Assembly: GCA_043778225.1 (NCBI GenBank)
Contig: JAYWGM010000044.1
Span: 29,044 to 93,043 of the forward strand
Length of the DNA stretch: 64,000 nucleotides
Origin: Deinococcales bacterium
Lineage (GTDB): Bacteria; Deinococcota; Deinococci; Deinococcales; JAAFIG01
Reading direction: 5' to 3'
A program made the position numbers and the translations under genes. Positions 39,221 through 48,230 of this stretch are shown one piece after another (position 1 is the stretch's first letter; every line of letters begins with the position of its first letter). The notes under the pieces were generated by a model. It made no database searches. It was given only the letters and a program-made list of their open reading frames with translations, and was not told where the DNA came from.

Positions 39221-40230
39221 TAGCCCTCGAGCCGCTTGGCATACTGCCGATTGTAATACGCTTGAAAACTAGCCGATTCGCGGACGGGTTGCCAGTAATC
39301 TGGGTTATCCAAGTACCATTTGGCAGCAGCCGCTACAGCTTCTTTGGGTTCATACATGGCTTTCCAGCCTAAGTTCTCGAGTTTTTTGACACTCACACTA
39401 TAGCGCCTGTCATGCCCAGCACGGTCAGTAACATGACGAATTAGGCTGCGGGGCTTGCCAACAGTCTCGAGTAACACCTCGAGCATTGTCATGTTGGTTA
39501 TTTCTTGTCCAGCTCCAACATTGTAAATCTCACCGATAGTACCCTGCTCGAGAACTGCTAGGATTCCGGTACAGTGGTCAGAGACATGGGTGTAATCTCG
39601 CATTTGCAGCCCATCGCCATAAACTGGTAGCGGCAAGTCAAGCATCGCGTTTGTAGCGAATAATGGCACGACCTTCTCGAGGAATTGGTACGCACCAACA
39701 TTGTTGCTGCCCCTTGTAATCGTTGTTTCTAAGCCGTAGGTCACAAAATACGATTGCACCAGTAAATCGGCGGCGGCTTTACTGGCACTGTATGGGCTGC
39801 GCGGCACAAGCATATCCGACTCGAGACTGTGATGATCGCCTTCGATTGTGCCATAAACCTCATCGGTGCTGATGTGATGAAAACGAATGTTCTTCTCACG
39901 AGCTACCTCGAGCAGCACGTGCGTACCTCGAACATTGGTTTGGGTAAACACAAACGGATTGAGAATGCTCTGGTCTACATGGGTTTCGGCGGCAAAATTC
40001 ACAATTAAATCAATCTGGTGCATTTCGACAAGATGCCGCACCAACTCGAGATTACCGATGTCCCCAACAACAATGGGAACGTCGATGCCCGCTAAGTTCT
40101 CGAGCCGACCCGCATAGGTCAGTTTATCCAAGACCACGATTTTATCATAGCCACGCTCGAGAAGAAGCCGCACAAAATTCGCGCCAATAAAACCGCAACC
40201 GCCAGTCACCAGAATGCTCGAGAAAGCCAT
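39220..40230 (-). CDS. rfbB: dTDP-glucose 4,6-dehydratase
   Basis: GGCGFIG, DKLTYAG, AAETHVD, STDEVYG, YSASK, GHDRRY. Confidence 0.96.
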   Translation of the reverse strand: MAFSSILVTGGCGFIGANFVRLLLERGYDKIVVLDKLTYAGRLENLAGIDVPIVVGDIGNLELVRHLVEMHQIDLIVNFAAETHVDQSILNPFVFTQTNVRGTHVLLEVAREKNIRFHHISTDEVYGTIEGDHHSLESDMLVPRSPYSASKAAADLLVQSYFVTYGLETTITRGSNNVGAYQFLEKVVPLFATNAMLDLPLPVYGDGLQMRDYTHVSDHCTGILAVLEQGTIGEIYNVGAGQEITNMTMLEVLLETVGKPRSLIRHVTDRAGHDRRYSVSVKKLENLGWKAMYEPKEAVAAAAKWYLDNPDYWQPVRESASFQAYYNRQYAKRLEG

Positions 40231-40246
40231 AGGACACCAGTATAGC

Positions 40247-40972
40247 CTAGAATTTAGCTTTGATTTCTAGCCACTTTGAATTGTCTAAGCTTACATCGGG
40301 TGGAATATGGACTTTTGCACCAATTCGAGTTCCAGCTTGGACGTGCGGGTTACGGCGGCTTGCTAACTCGAGAATACTCTTTCGCTCAGTCACAAGATGC
40401 AGCACATCGGCATTGATGCTCGAGAGGTGAACCAGCAGCAACTCGAGTTCAGTGGCTATCACATCGGTGTAATCTGCACTGGTGAATTGGTCGGCAAAGG
40501 CAACTGGGTACTTCCAGACTGCATCCTTAAAACTGGTGCGAACAATTAAACTGTTTGGGGCAACTCGAGCCGCTTCTTCGCCCAAGGCTTTGGTCAGGCT
40601 GTAATAATTACTTGGATTTGGCGCGTCGGTTTCAGAGTACATTCCACGCTCGCCATCGAAGACATAATCGGTGCTGATGTGTACCAGACGCGCTTTGGCT
40701 TGGGCGGCGGCTCGAGCCACATTCCTCGAGCCAAGCACATTGACCGCGTAACAGGCTGCATGGTCTATTTCGGCTTTGGCAACATCGGTATAAGCTGCCA
40801 TATGCAGCACAATATCTGGCTGGGCATCGGCAATGGCTCGAGAAATTGTGTCAAAATCGGTAATGCTGGCTTCTTTACTCGAGGGGGCAATCAGGTTAAA
40901 ACCATGTCGCTCGAGCCTCGGCAATAAATCAGTACCCATTCGACCAGCGCCACCAGTCACAAAAATCTTCAT
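40247..40972 (-). CDS. rfbD: dTDP-4-dehydrorhamnose reductase
   Basis: AAYTDV..AE, ISTDYVFDG, YSLTK; leaderless start 40972. Confidence 0.9.
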   Translation of the reverse strand: MKIFVTGGAGRMGTDLLPRLERHGFNLIAPSSKEASITDFDTISRAIADAQPDIVLHMAAYTDVAKAEIDHAACYAVNVLGSRNVARAAAQAKARLVHISTDYVFDGERGMYSETDAPNPSNYYSLTKALGEEAARVAPNSLIVRTSFKDAVWKYPVAFADQFTSADYTDVIATELELLLVHLSSINADVLHLVTERKSILELASRRNPHVQAGTRIGAKVHIPPDVSLDNSKWLEIKAKF

Positions 40973-40997
40973 GGACATAGTTTACCAAGTCTCGAGA

Positions 40998-41128
40998 CTC
41001 GAGGTACGAATCGCCCTACGTCTCGAGGTACGAATCGCCCTACGACTCGAGGTACGAATCGCCCTACGTCTCGAGGTACGAATCGCCCTACGTCTCGAGG
41101 TACGAATCGCCCTACGTCTCGAGGTACG
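40998..41128. repeat. 24-bp tandem repeat, about 5.5 copies, each beginning with CTCGAG
   Basis: CTCGAGGTACGAATCGCCCTACGW units start at 40998, 41022, 41046, 41070 and 41094, with a partial unit at 41118. Confidence 0.97.
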
Positions 41129-41173
41129 TTTGTACGCTTGACTCGAGCCAAACCCCATGACACGATAAACGAG

Positions 41174-41290
41174 CTTCATCAAGAGCAACGTGAGCGTCCT
41201 GGCGCACTGACCGTTGCAGCAACCAAGTTCGAGGATTTTCTCGAGCAGCAAGGTGCTTCTGCCAGCCGAGTTCGACTCGGAGCGATGAGG
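41174..41290 (+). ncRNA. SAM-I riboswitch
   Basis: CTTCATCAAGAG...GAG..CTGGC...TGACC...GCAACC...GGTGC...GATGAGG upstream of metK; promoter TTGACT (41138), 17 bp, CACGAT. Confidence 0.92.
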
Positions 41291-41374
41291 AAGGGACTTC
41301 CCTTCCAGAAAGGGGAATGTTCGGTACTCACGTTTTTTCGTTTTCAATCGCTTTTTTTCTGGAGGCAATAATTT

Positions 41375-42541
41375 ATGCAGCACCGTTTAGTCAGTTCTGA
41401 ATCCGTGACCGAAGGACACCCTGATAAACTCGCCGACCGCATTTCCGATTCGATTCTTGATGCGTTTTTAAGCCAAGACCCGAAATCTCGAGTGGCTTGC
41501 GAAACCCTTGTGACCAAAGGTTTGGTGTTGGTGGCTGGTGAAATTACCAGCAGCGCCGAATATGTGGATGTACAAAGCACAGTACGCCGTGCGATTACCG
41601 AAGTGGGTTATACCAGCGCCGAACTCGGCTTTGATGCCGAACACGTGGCGGTGCTGAACACGATTACAGGTCAGAGCCAAGAGATTGCAGGTGGTGTCAA
41701 TGTTTCGACCGAATGGCGGGCGGGCGACCGCGACCCACGCAATGAACGCGGTGCTGGCGACCAAGGCTTGATGTTTGGCTACGCGACCAACGAAACACCA
41801 GAATTGATGCCGACCCCGATTTGGCTGGCGCACCGTATTTCGAGAAAACTGGCAGAAGTTCGTAAAAATGGCGCGTTAGCTTATCTGCGCCCAGATGGAA
41901 AATCCCAAGTGACGCTGGTTTATGACGGCGCAAAACCGATTGGACTCGAGACGGCTGTGATTAGCACCCAACACGCCCCCGATGTGACGCAAGAACAAAT
42001 TCGGGCTGATATGATTGAACACGTTATCACCCCAGTCATTCCAGATTGGCTCGACTCGAGTAACGTCAATTACCTTATAAACCCATCCGGCAGCTTTATT
42101 TTTGGGGGACCTGGGGCGGACACTGGCTTAACTGGGCGCAAAATCATTGTCGACACTTACGGCGGCGCAATTCCCCATGGTGGTGGGGCGTTTAGTGGCA
42201 AAGACCCGACCAAAGTAGACCGCAGCGCCGCCTATTATGCACGCTATATGGCAAAAAACTTGGTAGCGGCTGGACTGGCGGCTCGAGTCATGGTCGAAGT
42301 GGCATATGCAATTGGCAAAGCCCACCCCGTATCCTTGCGGGTCGAGAGTTTTGGGACTGGCAAAATTTCTGACCAATCCTTGAGTGCTTTGGCTCGAGAA
42401 CACTTTGACCCGCGTCCATTGGCAATTATCGAAGAATTGAATCTCGAGAATCCAATTTATGTACCGACCTCGAGTTATGGGCATTTTGGGCAGGCGCATT
42501 TGCCTTGGGAACAGACGAGTCGTGCTGCAAAACTCGGATAA
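41375..42541 (+). CDS. metK: S-adenosylmethionine synthetase
   Basis: [33 protein letters not shown]. Confidence 0.99.
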   Translation: MQHRLVSSESVTEGHPDKLADRISDSILDAFLSQDPKSRVACETLVTKGLVLVAGEITSSAEYVDVQSTVRRAITEVGYTSAELGFDAEHVAVLNTITGQSQEIAGGVNVSTEWRAGDRDPRNERGAGDQGLMFGYATNETPELMPTPIWLAHRISRKLAEVRKNGALAYLRPDGKSQVTLVYDGAKPIGLETAVISTQHAPDVTQEQIRADMIEHVITPVIPDWLDSSNVNYLINPSGSFIFGGPGADTGLTGRKIIVDTYGGAIPHGGGAFSGKDPTKVDRSAAYYARYMAKNLVAAGLAARVMVEVAYAIGKAHPVSLRVESFGTGKISDQSLSALAREHFDPRPLAIIEELNLENPIYVPTSSYGHFGQAHLPWEQTSRAAKLG

Positions 42542-42563
42542 TTATAAAATACATTGTCTCATA

Positions 42564-42589
42564 GGGAGGACACGGGGGTCCTCCCCTAC
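42564..42589 (-). repeat. GTAG-type REP hairpin
   Basis: Minus strand GTAG-GGGAGGAC-CCCCGT-GTCCTCCC between metK and metF. Confidence 0.75.
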
Positions 42590-42606
42590 AATCTTGGGGG
42601 AAAGAA

Positions 42607-43443
42607 ATGCAATTACGCGAACGACTTGGACAGGTTTTTACGATTACCGCCGAACTTGACCCACCACGCGGTTCAGATGCCAGCAAATTACTCGAGGAAG
42701 CCGCAAAAGCACAGGCATTGGTTGATGCGGTTAATATCTCCGATAGCCCACAAGCCAATTTACGGATGAATCCGTTGGTGGCAGCCCATTTGGTGCAAAG
42801 TAAACTCGGACTCGAGGTCATCGCCCATTTTACTTGCCGTGACCGCAATGTGCTGGGTCTTCAATCCGAATTGCTGGGCGCAGCCGCGCTGGGTGTAAAA
42901 AACATTCTTTGCTTGCGTGGCGACCCACCTGAAAAAGGCGACCATCCAACTGCCAGAGGTGTATTTGAAGTGGATGCTGTGGGCTTAACCCGCATTGTGA
43001 GCGGCTTAAATGCAGGAAAATCTTTTGCAGGGCGCGACCTCGAGCCGAGCGACTTTGCGATTGCTGTGGCAGCCAACCCAAGCGCTGCCGACCTCAGCCT
43101 CGAGAAAGCACGGTTTTTAGAGAAAGTTAACGCAGGGGCGCATTTTGCCCAGACTCAACCTGTATTTGACCTTAGCACAGTAGAGCGATTCCAAGACATT
43201 GTACAACCCAGCATTCCCGTGCTGTACGGCGTGCTGCCCGTACTCAGTCTCGAGATGGCAGAACGGGTCAGTAAGTGGACAAGCATCCCACAAGCCTTAC
43301 TGACAGCCCTCGAGAACGGCGGACGCAGTGCTGGCATTGCGTGGGCGCGAAAAGTCGTTTTGGATTTACGCAATTCAGGAGTTGCAGGAGCGCATATTTA
43401 CCCGCTTGGGCGCAGCAAAGTGCTAAGTGAAGTCTTGCAATAA
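42607..43443 (+). CDS. metF: Methylenetetrahydrofolate reductase
   Basis: ELDPPRG, HFTCRDRN, LRGDPP, QTQPVF. Confidence 0.9.
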   Translation: MQLRERLGQVFTITAELDPPRGSDASKLLEEAAKAQALVDAVNISDSPQANLRMNPLVAAHLVQSKLGLEVIAHFTCRDRNVLGLQSELLGAAALGVKNILCLRGDPPEKGDHPTARGVFEVDAVGLTRIVSGLNAGKSFAGRDLEPSDFAIAVAANPSAADLSLEKARFLEKVNAGAHFAQTQPVFDLSTVERFQDIVQPSIPVLYGVLPVLSLEMAERVSKWTSIPQALLTALENGGRSAGIAWARKVVLDLRNSGVAGAHIYPLGRSKVLSEVLQ

Positions 43444-43589
43444 AGCCCTCAAGACAACGTGCTGATGCTCGAGCCAAGCAGCTTTTTTGAAAACCAAGCA
43501 TGGATAAGAATCTTCTATTGGCTTTAATGCCCTAGACTTGTTCTTAAAACCCTTGACGCAACAACCCAGATACGGCAAAATAATACCCA

Positions 43590-43818
43590 GCGTTGAATCG
43601 CAAAAGTACCACGGAGTTCAGTCTCGAGCGAGTTGCGGATGGTGAAAGCGCAACGACCAAGAACCGTGCGAAAGGCAGCGAGGAGCTTAGTTGTACAAAG
43701 TGTCTCGAGTTACACCACAGACAGTGGTCTCGAGGAACTGGGGTGGAACCGCGCAGAGAATGCTGATTTCCTTCAGCTTGCGTCCCCAGATGGCAAACTA
43801 AAAGCCATCTGGCTTTTT
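43590..43818 (+). ncRNA. Glycyl T-box riboswitch with antiterminator and terminator
   Basis: GGTGAAA apical loop; specifier GGC (43674-43676); T-box AACTGGGGTGGAACCGCG (43736-43753), whose TGGA matches the U discriminator of tRNA-Gly; terminator CCAGATGGC...GCCATCTGG-CTTTTT. Confidence 0.93.
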
Positions 43819-43839
43819 GCATTGTCAAAAGGAGGCTTC

Positions 43840-45354
43840 ATGCCCGCACAAACAATGGAAGAACTGGTCAGTTTATGTAAACGCCGAGGCTTTATTTTCC
43901 CCGGCTCGGACATTTACGGCGGTCTGCAAGGCACATACGATTTTGGTCCGCTTGGTGTGGAACTCAAAAATAACCTCAAAGCCGCATGGTGGCGTTCAAT
44001 GATTTACGAACGCGATGATGTCGAAGGACTTGACTCGAGCATTCTGACTCATAAATTGGTACTGCGCCATTCGGGACACGAAGCCACGTTTTCCGACCCG
44101 CTCGTGGACAACCGCGAAAGCAAAAAACGTTACCGCTTAGATCATTTGTTAAAAGAACAAAGCCCAGAAGTTCTCGAGGGAATTGCAACCGCCCTTGGTC
44201 TCGAGAATAATCTTTCGGCTTTGGTCGCTGGGCTGCTGGCTCATGCCGATGCTGGCACGGTCTTAACAACTGCTAAAGTCATCGAACCAGGCGAGAAGAA
44301 ACCAAGTGCTTGGACTCAACCACGACTCTTTAACATGATGTTCAAAACCACGGTTGGACCAGTGGTAGACGAAGAAAATTATGCGTACCTCCGCCCGGAA
44401 ACTGCCCAAGGTATTTTTGTGAATTTTAAGAATGTGGTGGACAGCACCTCGAGAAAACTCCCTTTTGGCATTGCCCAAATTGGCAAGTCCTTCCGCAATG
44501 AAATTACACCACGCAACTTTATTTTCCGCGTCCGTGAATTTGAACAAATGGAACTCGAGTTTTTCTGCGTACCCGGCACAGACGAAGCATGGCATGACAA
44601 ATGGCTCGAGGCTCGGATTGAATGGTGGCTCAGTGTGGGCTTATCTCGAGACCGCATTCAGATTTTTGACGTGCCAAAAGAGGATTTATCGCATTACAGC
44701 AAACGCACTTACGACCTGATGTACCAATACCCAAGCCTTGGCTTTGAAGAAATCGAGGGCATAGCCAACCGCACCGATTTTGACTTGGGTTCGCATACCA
44801 AAAACCAAGAATCATTTGGGATTTATGCCAAAGTCGAACCGAACACCGACAGCACCGAAAAACTCAGCATTGCTCACCCAGAAACACAAAAACCGATTAT
44901 TCCATTTGTGATTGAACCATCGGCAGGAGTAGACCGAGGTGTGCTGGCAGTGCTAACCGAAGCATATACCAAAGAAACGCTCGAGAATGGCGAAGAACGC
45001 ATTGTGCTAAAACTCCGACCGCACCTTGCACCAATAAAAGTGGCAGTTATTCCACTTGCCAAGAACCGCGAGGAAATTACAAGCGTGGCTCGAGGCTTAA
45101 AAGACAAACTGCAAAAGCTCGGGCTAGGGCGAGTGTTGTACGAAGATACTGGCAACATTGGCAAGGCGTACCGCCGACACGACGAAGTAGGCACACCGTA
45201 CTGTATTACTGTTGACTTTGATACCATCGGGCAAGGTAAAGACGGCGACTCGAGCCTGATGGATACCGTTACCATTCGAGACCGTGACACAATGGCACAA
45301 CAGCGATTAAAAATGAGTGACCTCGAGCAATTCTTGCGTGAGAAATTACGGTGA
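43840..45354 (+). CDS. glyQS: Glycine--tRNA ligase, dimeric type
   Basis: [32 protein letters not shown]; start 43840 after AAGGAGG. The longer ORF in the track runs through the T-box. Confidence 0.97.
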   Translation: MPAQTMEELVSLCKRRGFIFPGSDIYGGLQGTYDFGPLGVELKNNLKAAWWRSMIYERDDVEGLDSSILTHKLVLRHSGHEATFSDPLVDNRESKKRYRLDHLLKEQSPEVLEGIATALGLENNLSALVAGLLAHADAGTVLTTAKVIEPGEKKPSAWTQPRLFNMMFKTTVGPVVDEENYAYLRPETAQGIFVNFKNVVDSTSRKLPFGIAQIGKSFRNEITPRNFIFRVREFEQMELEFFCVPGTDEAWHDKWLEARIEWWLSVGLSRDRIQIFDVPKEDLSHYSKRTYDLMYQYPSLGFEEIEGIANRTDFDLGSHTKNQESFGIYAKVEPNTDSTEKLSIAHPETQKPIIPFVIEPSAGVDRGVLAVLTEAYTKETLENGEERIVLKLRPHLAPIKVAVIPLAKNREEITSVARGLKDKLQKLGLGRVLYEDTGNIGKAYRRHDEVGTPYCITVDFDTIGQGKDGDSSLMDTVTIRDRDTMAQQRLKMSDLEQFLREKLR

Positions 45355-45399
45355 TAAGGTTTGGGTGGCTATTACCTTTTTTATCGTGGTTCAAGAACA

Positions 45400-45545
45400 A
45401 ATTCCTGATTCAAGAATGACATATCATTACGATGACAGGGTGAGGCAAGCCCCACCCCTACGGCTGTATAAGAGCTTCTAACCGTAGGGGCTGGGCTTGC
45501 CTAGCCCACTGGGAAAAAGTTTTATTCAAAATCAAATCAGGAATT
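45400..45545. mobile_element. Candidate MITE/REPIN-like element: REP doublet inside 11-bp terminal inverted repeats
   Basis: AATTCCTGATT (45400-45410) and AATCAGGAATT (45535-45545) flank two oppositely oriented GTAG REPs (45438-45461 and 45484-45507). Confidence 0.55.
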
Positions 45546-45592
45546 AGCTAAAGTCCACAAGTACATTCTCGAAGTCAAGCTAGACCAAATCT

Positions 45593-45880
45593 TTAATAGA
45601 TGGCTTCCCGTACAACGTTAGGATTTTTAACTGCAATTCGCAGCAGAATTCCTGCTGCCCCACTTGGTTGACGCTTGCCTTGTTCCCAACTTTCCAAGGT
45701 TCTTGGGCTAACCCCAAGCAACTGGGCAAAATCAGCGCGTTTCAAATTGAGTTGCTTACGAACTTCTCGAACATCAGGAATTTCACGATGCGAAAATCGA
45801 GCTGCGACCCGTTCACCCGCCGCGATTTCTGCGGCTTGCTCGAGGCTTCTTAGAACACTTTCAAAATCAGCTTTTTCCAC
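45593..45880 (-). CDS. HigA-like HTH antitoxin/regulator
   Basis: DVREVRKQLNL..ADFAQLLGVSPRTLESWEQGKRQPSGAA. Confidence 0.85.
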   Translation of the reverse strand: MEKADFESVLRSLEQAAEIAAGERVAARFSHREIPDVREVRKQLNLKRADFAQLLGVSPRTLESWEQGKRQPSGAAGILLRIAVKNPNVVREAIY

Positions 45881-45889
45881 GATGAACCT

Positions 45890-46633
45890 TTATGTTCTTG
45901 CCTCAATACGTTGACATACTCGTTGCACAATAACCAAATGCTCAGGCAATAACTTGCTTTGGTAGAGTGTAGCGCTTCTAGCATACAAAACTAGTGTCGC
46001 TTCAGCTCGAGCCATAACACTTTCAGAATGAAAACCAAGAGCTTTCCAGAACGCATTTTTCCAAATTTCATCGGGTTCAGCATCTCTCACTGAACTCCAA
46101 AAAATATTCTCTGAATTGGTCAACACACCATTTGCTAAAGCGGCGGCATTGGCTAAATTAGGCAATAAGTCTGTGATGGCATATAAAATTTTCTCAAGAT
46201 TCTGCTGTTGCAAGCCACCAAGAATTTTTTGGATTATCTCAGCATTTTGTGCCAGTACCCAACTTATGCCAACATCGGCAGCCGCTTGTACTGTTTTCCA
46301 CGTAAAATCTCGAGCGCGTTGCTGCAAGTTTGCATACCAGTTTTCGGGGTCAAAAATAATTTTTGCCTCCCTTGTCGCACCTATATTCAGCAAAGCCTTC
46401 CATGGATCAGAGAGCATCAATTCACGGTTTGTTGTGTCCAAAAAATTGATGTTCACCAAGCGATTCTCAAAGTAAAACATTTTGTCAGGTGGACGTTCGC
46501 CGCGTACTATAATATGAATATCTAAATCACTAAACTCATTCATCTGCCTTCGAGCAGCACTACCAATTAAAACAATGCTCAGAGTGTTGGGATTTTGCTT
46601 TAATGGTGCAACAACTTTTTCTACAGTATCCAT
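45890..46633 (-). CDS. Nucleotidyltransferase-domain protein (kanamycin-NTase-like layout)
   Basis: N-terminal IGSAAR....FSDLD motif followed by a helical C-terminal region. Confidence 0.75.
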   Translation of the reverse strand: MDTVEKVVAPLKQNPNTLSIVLIGSAARRQMNEFSDLDIHIIVRGERPPDKMFYFENRLVNINFLDTTNRELMLSDPWKALLNIGATREAKIIFDPENWYANLQQRARDFTWKTVQAAADVGISWVLAQNAEIIQKILGGLQQQNLEKILYAITDLLPNLANAAALANGVLTNSENIFWSSVRDAEPDEIWKNAFWKALGFHSESVMARAEATLVLYARSATLYQSKLLPEHLVIVQRVCQRIEART

Positions 46634-46753
46634 ACCTCAGTTTATAGTTTTTTGGTATTGCATGACACAGGTAAAATAGCTTAACGAGAATCTAGAAATT
46701 AGCCGCAAACTGATTGGTAATAAGGCTGACTTCCTGTACGTCTCCCATCCCGC

Positions 46754-46895
46754 TTCTCGAGCCTCACGCCTAAGCCTTTTGCTGTGGCTGTTTGCATTTG
46801 CTTCTCGAGCCACGCACTTGACCCAATCATCAAATCTGCGTAACCTGAACCCATGACTTTGCATTTACCCCCGCATCTCGAGCAACGCCTCGAGT
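46754..46895 (+). repeat. Direct repeat copy A, containing the promoter and start of the antitoxin gene
   Basis: Closely matches 48231-48350; partial copy at 47481-47502; contains TTGACC (46818), 17 bp, TAACCT, 6 nt, ATG. Confidence 0.9.
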
Positions 46896-47071
46896 ATTTA
46901 TCGCAGCAACTCGGCAAATCCGAGCAGGTTGTCCTTGAAGAAATGCTTGAAACCGCCTTGCCTAAAGTCGTGCCTAAGTACAAGCGGGCTTCTATAGGCA
47001 TGGGCAATTCGGGTCTTGGGAATTTATCGGAACGGGTGGATGAATTGCTGTTCACTCGAGATGAACCATGA
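46853..47071 (+). CDS. CopG/RHH-type antitoxin (VapB-like)
   Basis: TLHLPPHLEQRLEYLSQQLGKS and SIGMGNSGLGNLSERVDELL; ATGA-coupled to a PIN toxin. Confidence 0.85.
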   Translation: MTLHLPPHLEQRLEYLSQQLGKSEQVVLEEMLETALPKVVPKYKRASIGMGNSGLGNLSERVDELLFTRDEP

Positions 47072-47478
47072 TTTTGTGCGACACCAGTGCTTTAATTGCT
47101 TTTTTAGACCAGAGCGACAAGTACCATTTGGCAGTCAAAGCCTTTGACCAAGAACGCCTGATTGTTCCGACAACTGTTCTTTGCGAAGTGGATTACATGG
47201 TGGTCAAGTACCTTGGCGAAGCTGTCGCTAAGCAATTTTTTCTTGAATTGATGGAAGAATGGGAAGTGCTGGTTTTTGATACCACCGATTTAACTCGAGT
47301 GAATCAGATTCGTGGTTTTTACAAGTCTTTGCCGCTTGGTTTTGTGGATGCCAGCCTGATTGCACTTGCCGAACGCTACAAAATTCGGCAAATTTTAACT
47401 TTGGATCGTCGCCATTTTTTAGCTGTGCAACCTATTGGCTTAGAATTTCTGGAATTACTGCCGCATGATTTGACTTAA
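47068..47478 (+). CDS. vapC: VapC PIN-domain toxin
   Basis: DTSAL, VLCEVDY, LGFVDAS, TLDRRHF. Confidence 0.92.
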   Translation: MILCDTSALIAFLDQSDKYHLAVKAFDQERLIVPTTVLCEVDYMVVKYLGEAVAKQFFLELMEEWEVLVFDTTDLTRVNQIRGFYKSLPLGFVDASLIALAERYKIRQILTLDRRHFLAVQPIGLEFLELLPHDLT

Positions 47479-47527
47479 ACAGCCTCATGCCTAAGCCTTT
47501 GCTTGTAATTCGCATCTCGATTTTTCC

Positions 47528-47947
47528 TCATTCCAGCACTCGCACAATGCCTTTGGCTGCTTCGATTAGCTTTTCATCAAATGCTAAAAAATGCACAAAT
47601 CGTTGTTCTCGAGAAACCCATGCGGCTGTGGCTAATTGAATTGCATCCGCTCCTCGTAAGCCTCGAGAACGCACCAGCATCGCGGCTTCTTTGGTGATGT
47701 GTTCGGTTACGTCCACGCAGTTAAACGTGTCCCAATCCTCGAGTAGTTGCTTGAAAATCTTGGGTTCATCAGTTGTCGAAAGCTCGTTTTTTAGCGTTCG
47801 GTAATAAAAAGCACTGACGGCTTCGGCAAGTGTTATTTGTGAAACAATGATGTCATTGGCGGCAGCTACTGCTTTTTCTACGGTACTCGAGTGTATTTCT
47901 TGCACGTACAGTTTGACCAATGCGCTTGTGTCGAGGAACAAAATCAC
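47528..47947 (-). CDS. vapC: VapC PIN-domain toxin, second family
   Basis: FLDTSALVKLY, LRGADAIQLA, FDEKL. Confidence 0.92.
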   Translation of the reverse strand: MILFLDTSALVKLYVQEIHSSTVEKAVAAANDIIVSQITLAEAVSAFYYRTLKNELSTTDEPKIFKQLLEDWDTFNCVDVTEHITKEAAMLVRSRGLRGADAIQLATAAWVSREQRFVHFLAFDEKLIEAAKGIVRVLE

Positions 47948-48186
47948 AGGCTGCTTTCTCGAGCTTCGCGCAATTCGCTAACAGTGTCGGATAGGCTTTT
48001 GGCATGGTTTGGCAGTTGAATTCTTGGTGTTAAACCCTTGGCTTTTTGTCCGTTACCAAAGCGAATTGTGGGTGCTGGTGTTGCGCTAACTTTCTCCTCG
48101 AGTTGGTCAAACCATAGTTTTAGTTTACGCCGTTCTCGAGCGCTGAGGCTTTCTATTTCGCGTTCTATTACCTCGAGATTGCTCAT
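47944..48186 (-). CDS. Putative antitoxin
   Basis: Small charged protein, GTGA-coupled to the PIN toxin; C-terminal KSLSDTVSELR; leaderless start after TACAAT. Confidence 0.75.
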   Translation of the reverse strand: MSNLEVIEREIESLSARERRKLKLWFDQLEEKVSATPAPTIRFGNGQKAKGLTPRIQLPNHAKSLSDTVSELREARESSL

Positions 48187-48230
48187 GGGCGAATTGTAGC
48201 AAATTTCTGCTTACACCGCAAAAAAACCAT

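Noticed and set aside
40833..41383. ORFs with repeated peptides (LEVRIALR, PRDVGRFV, RTSRRRAI) and a possible CRISPR array
   Set aside because: These are read-throughs of a 24-bp tandem repeat (multiple of 3, no stops) that overlap rfbD and the SAM riboswitch; there are no spacers.
43633..43839. 69-aa N-terminal extension of GlyQS
   Set aside because: The region is the T-box leader with a terminator; an RBS and ATG are present at 43840.
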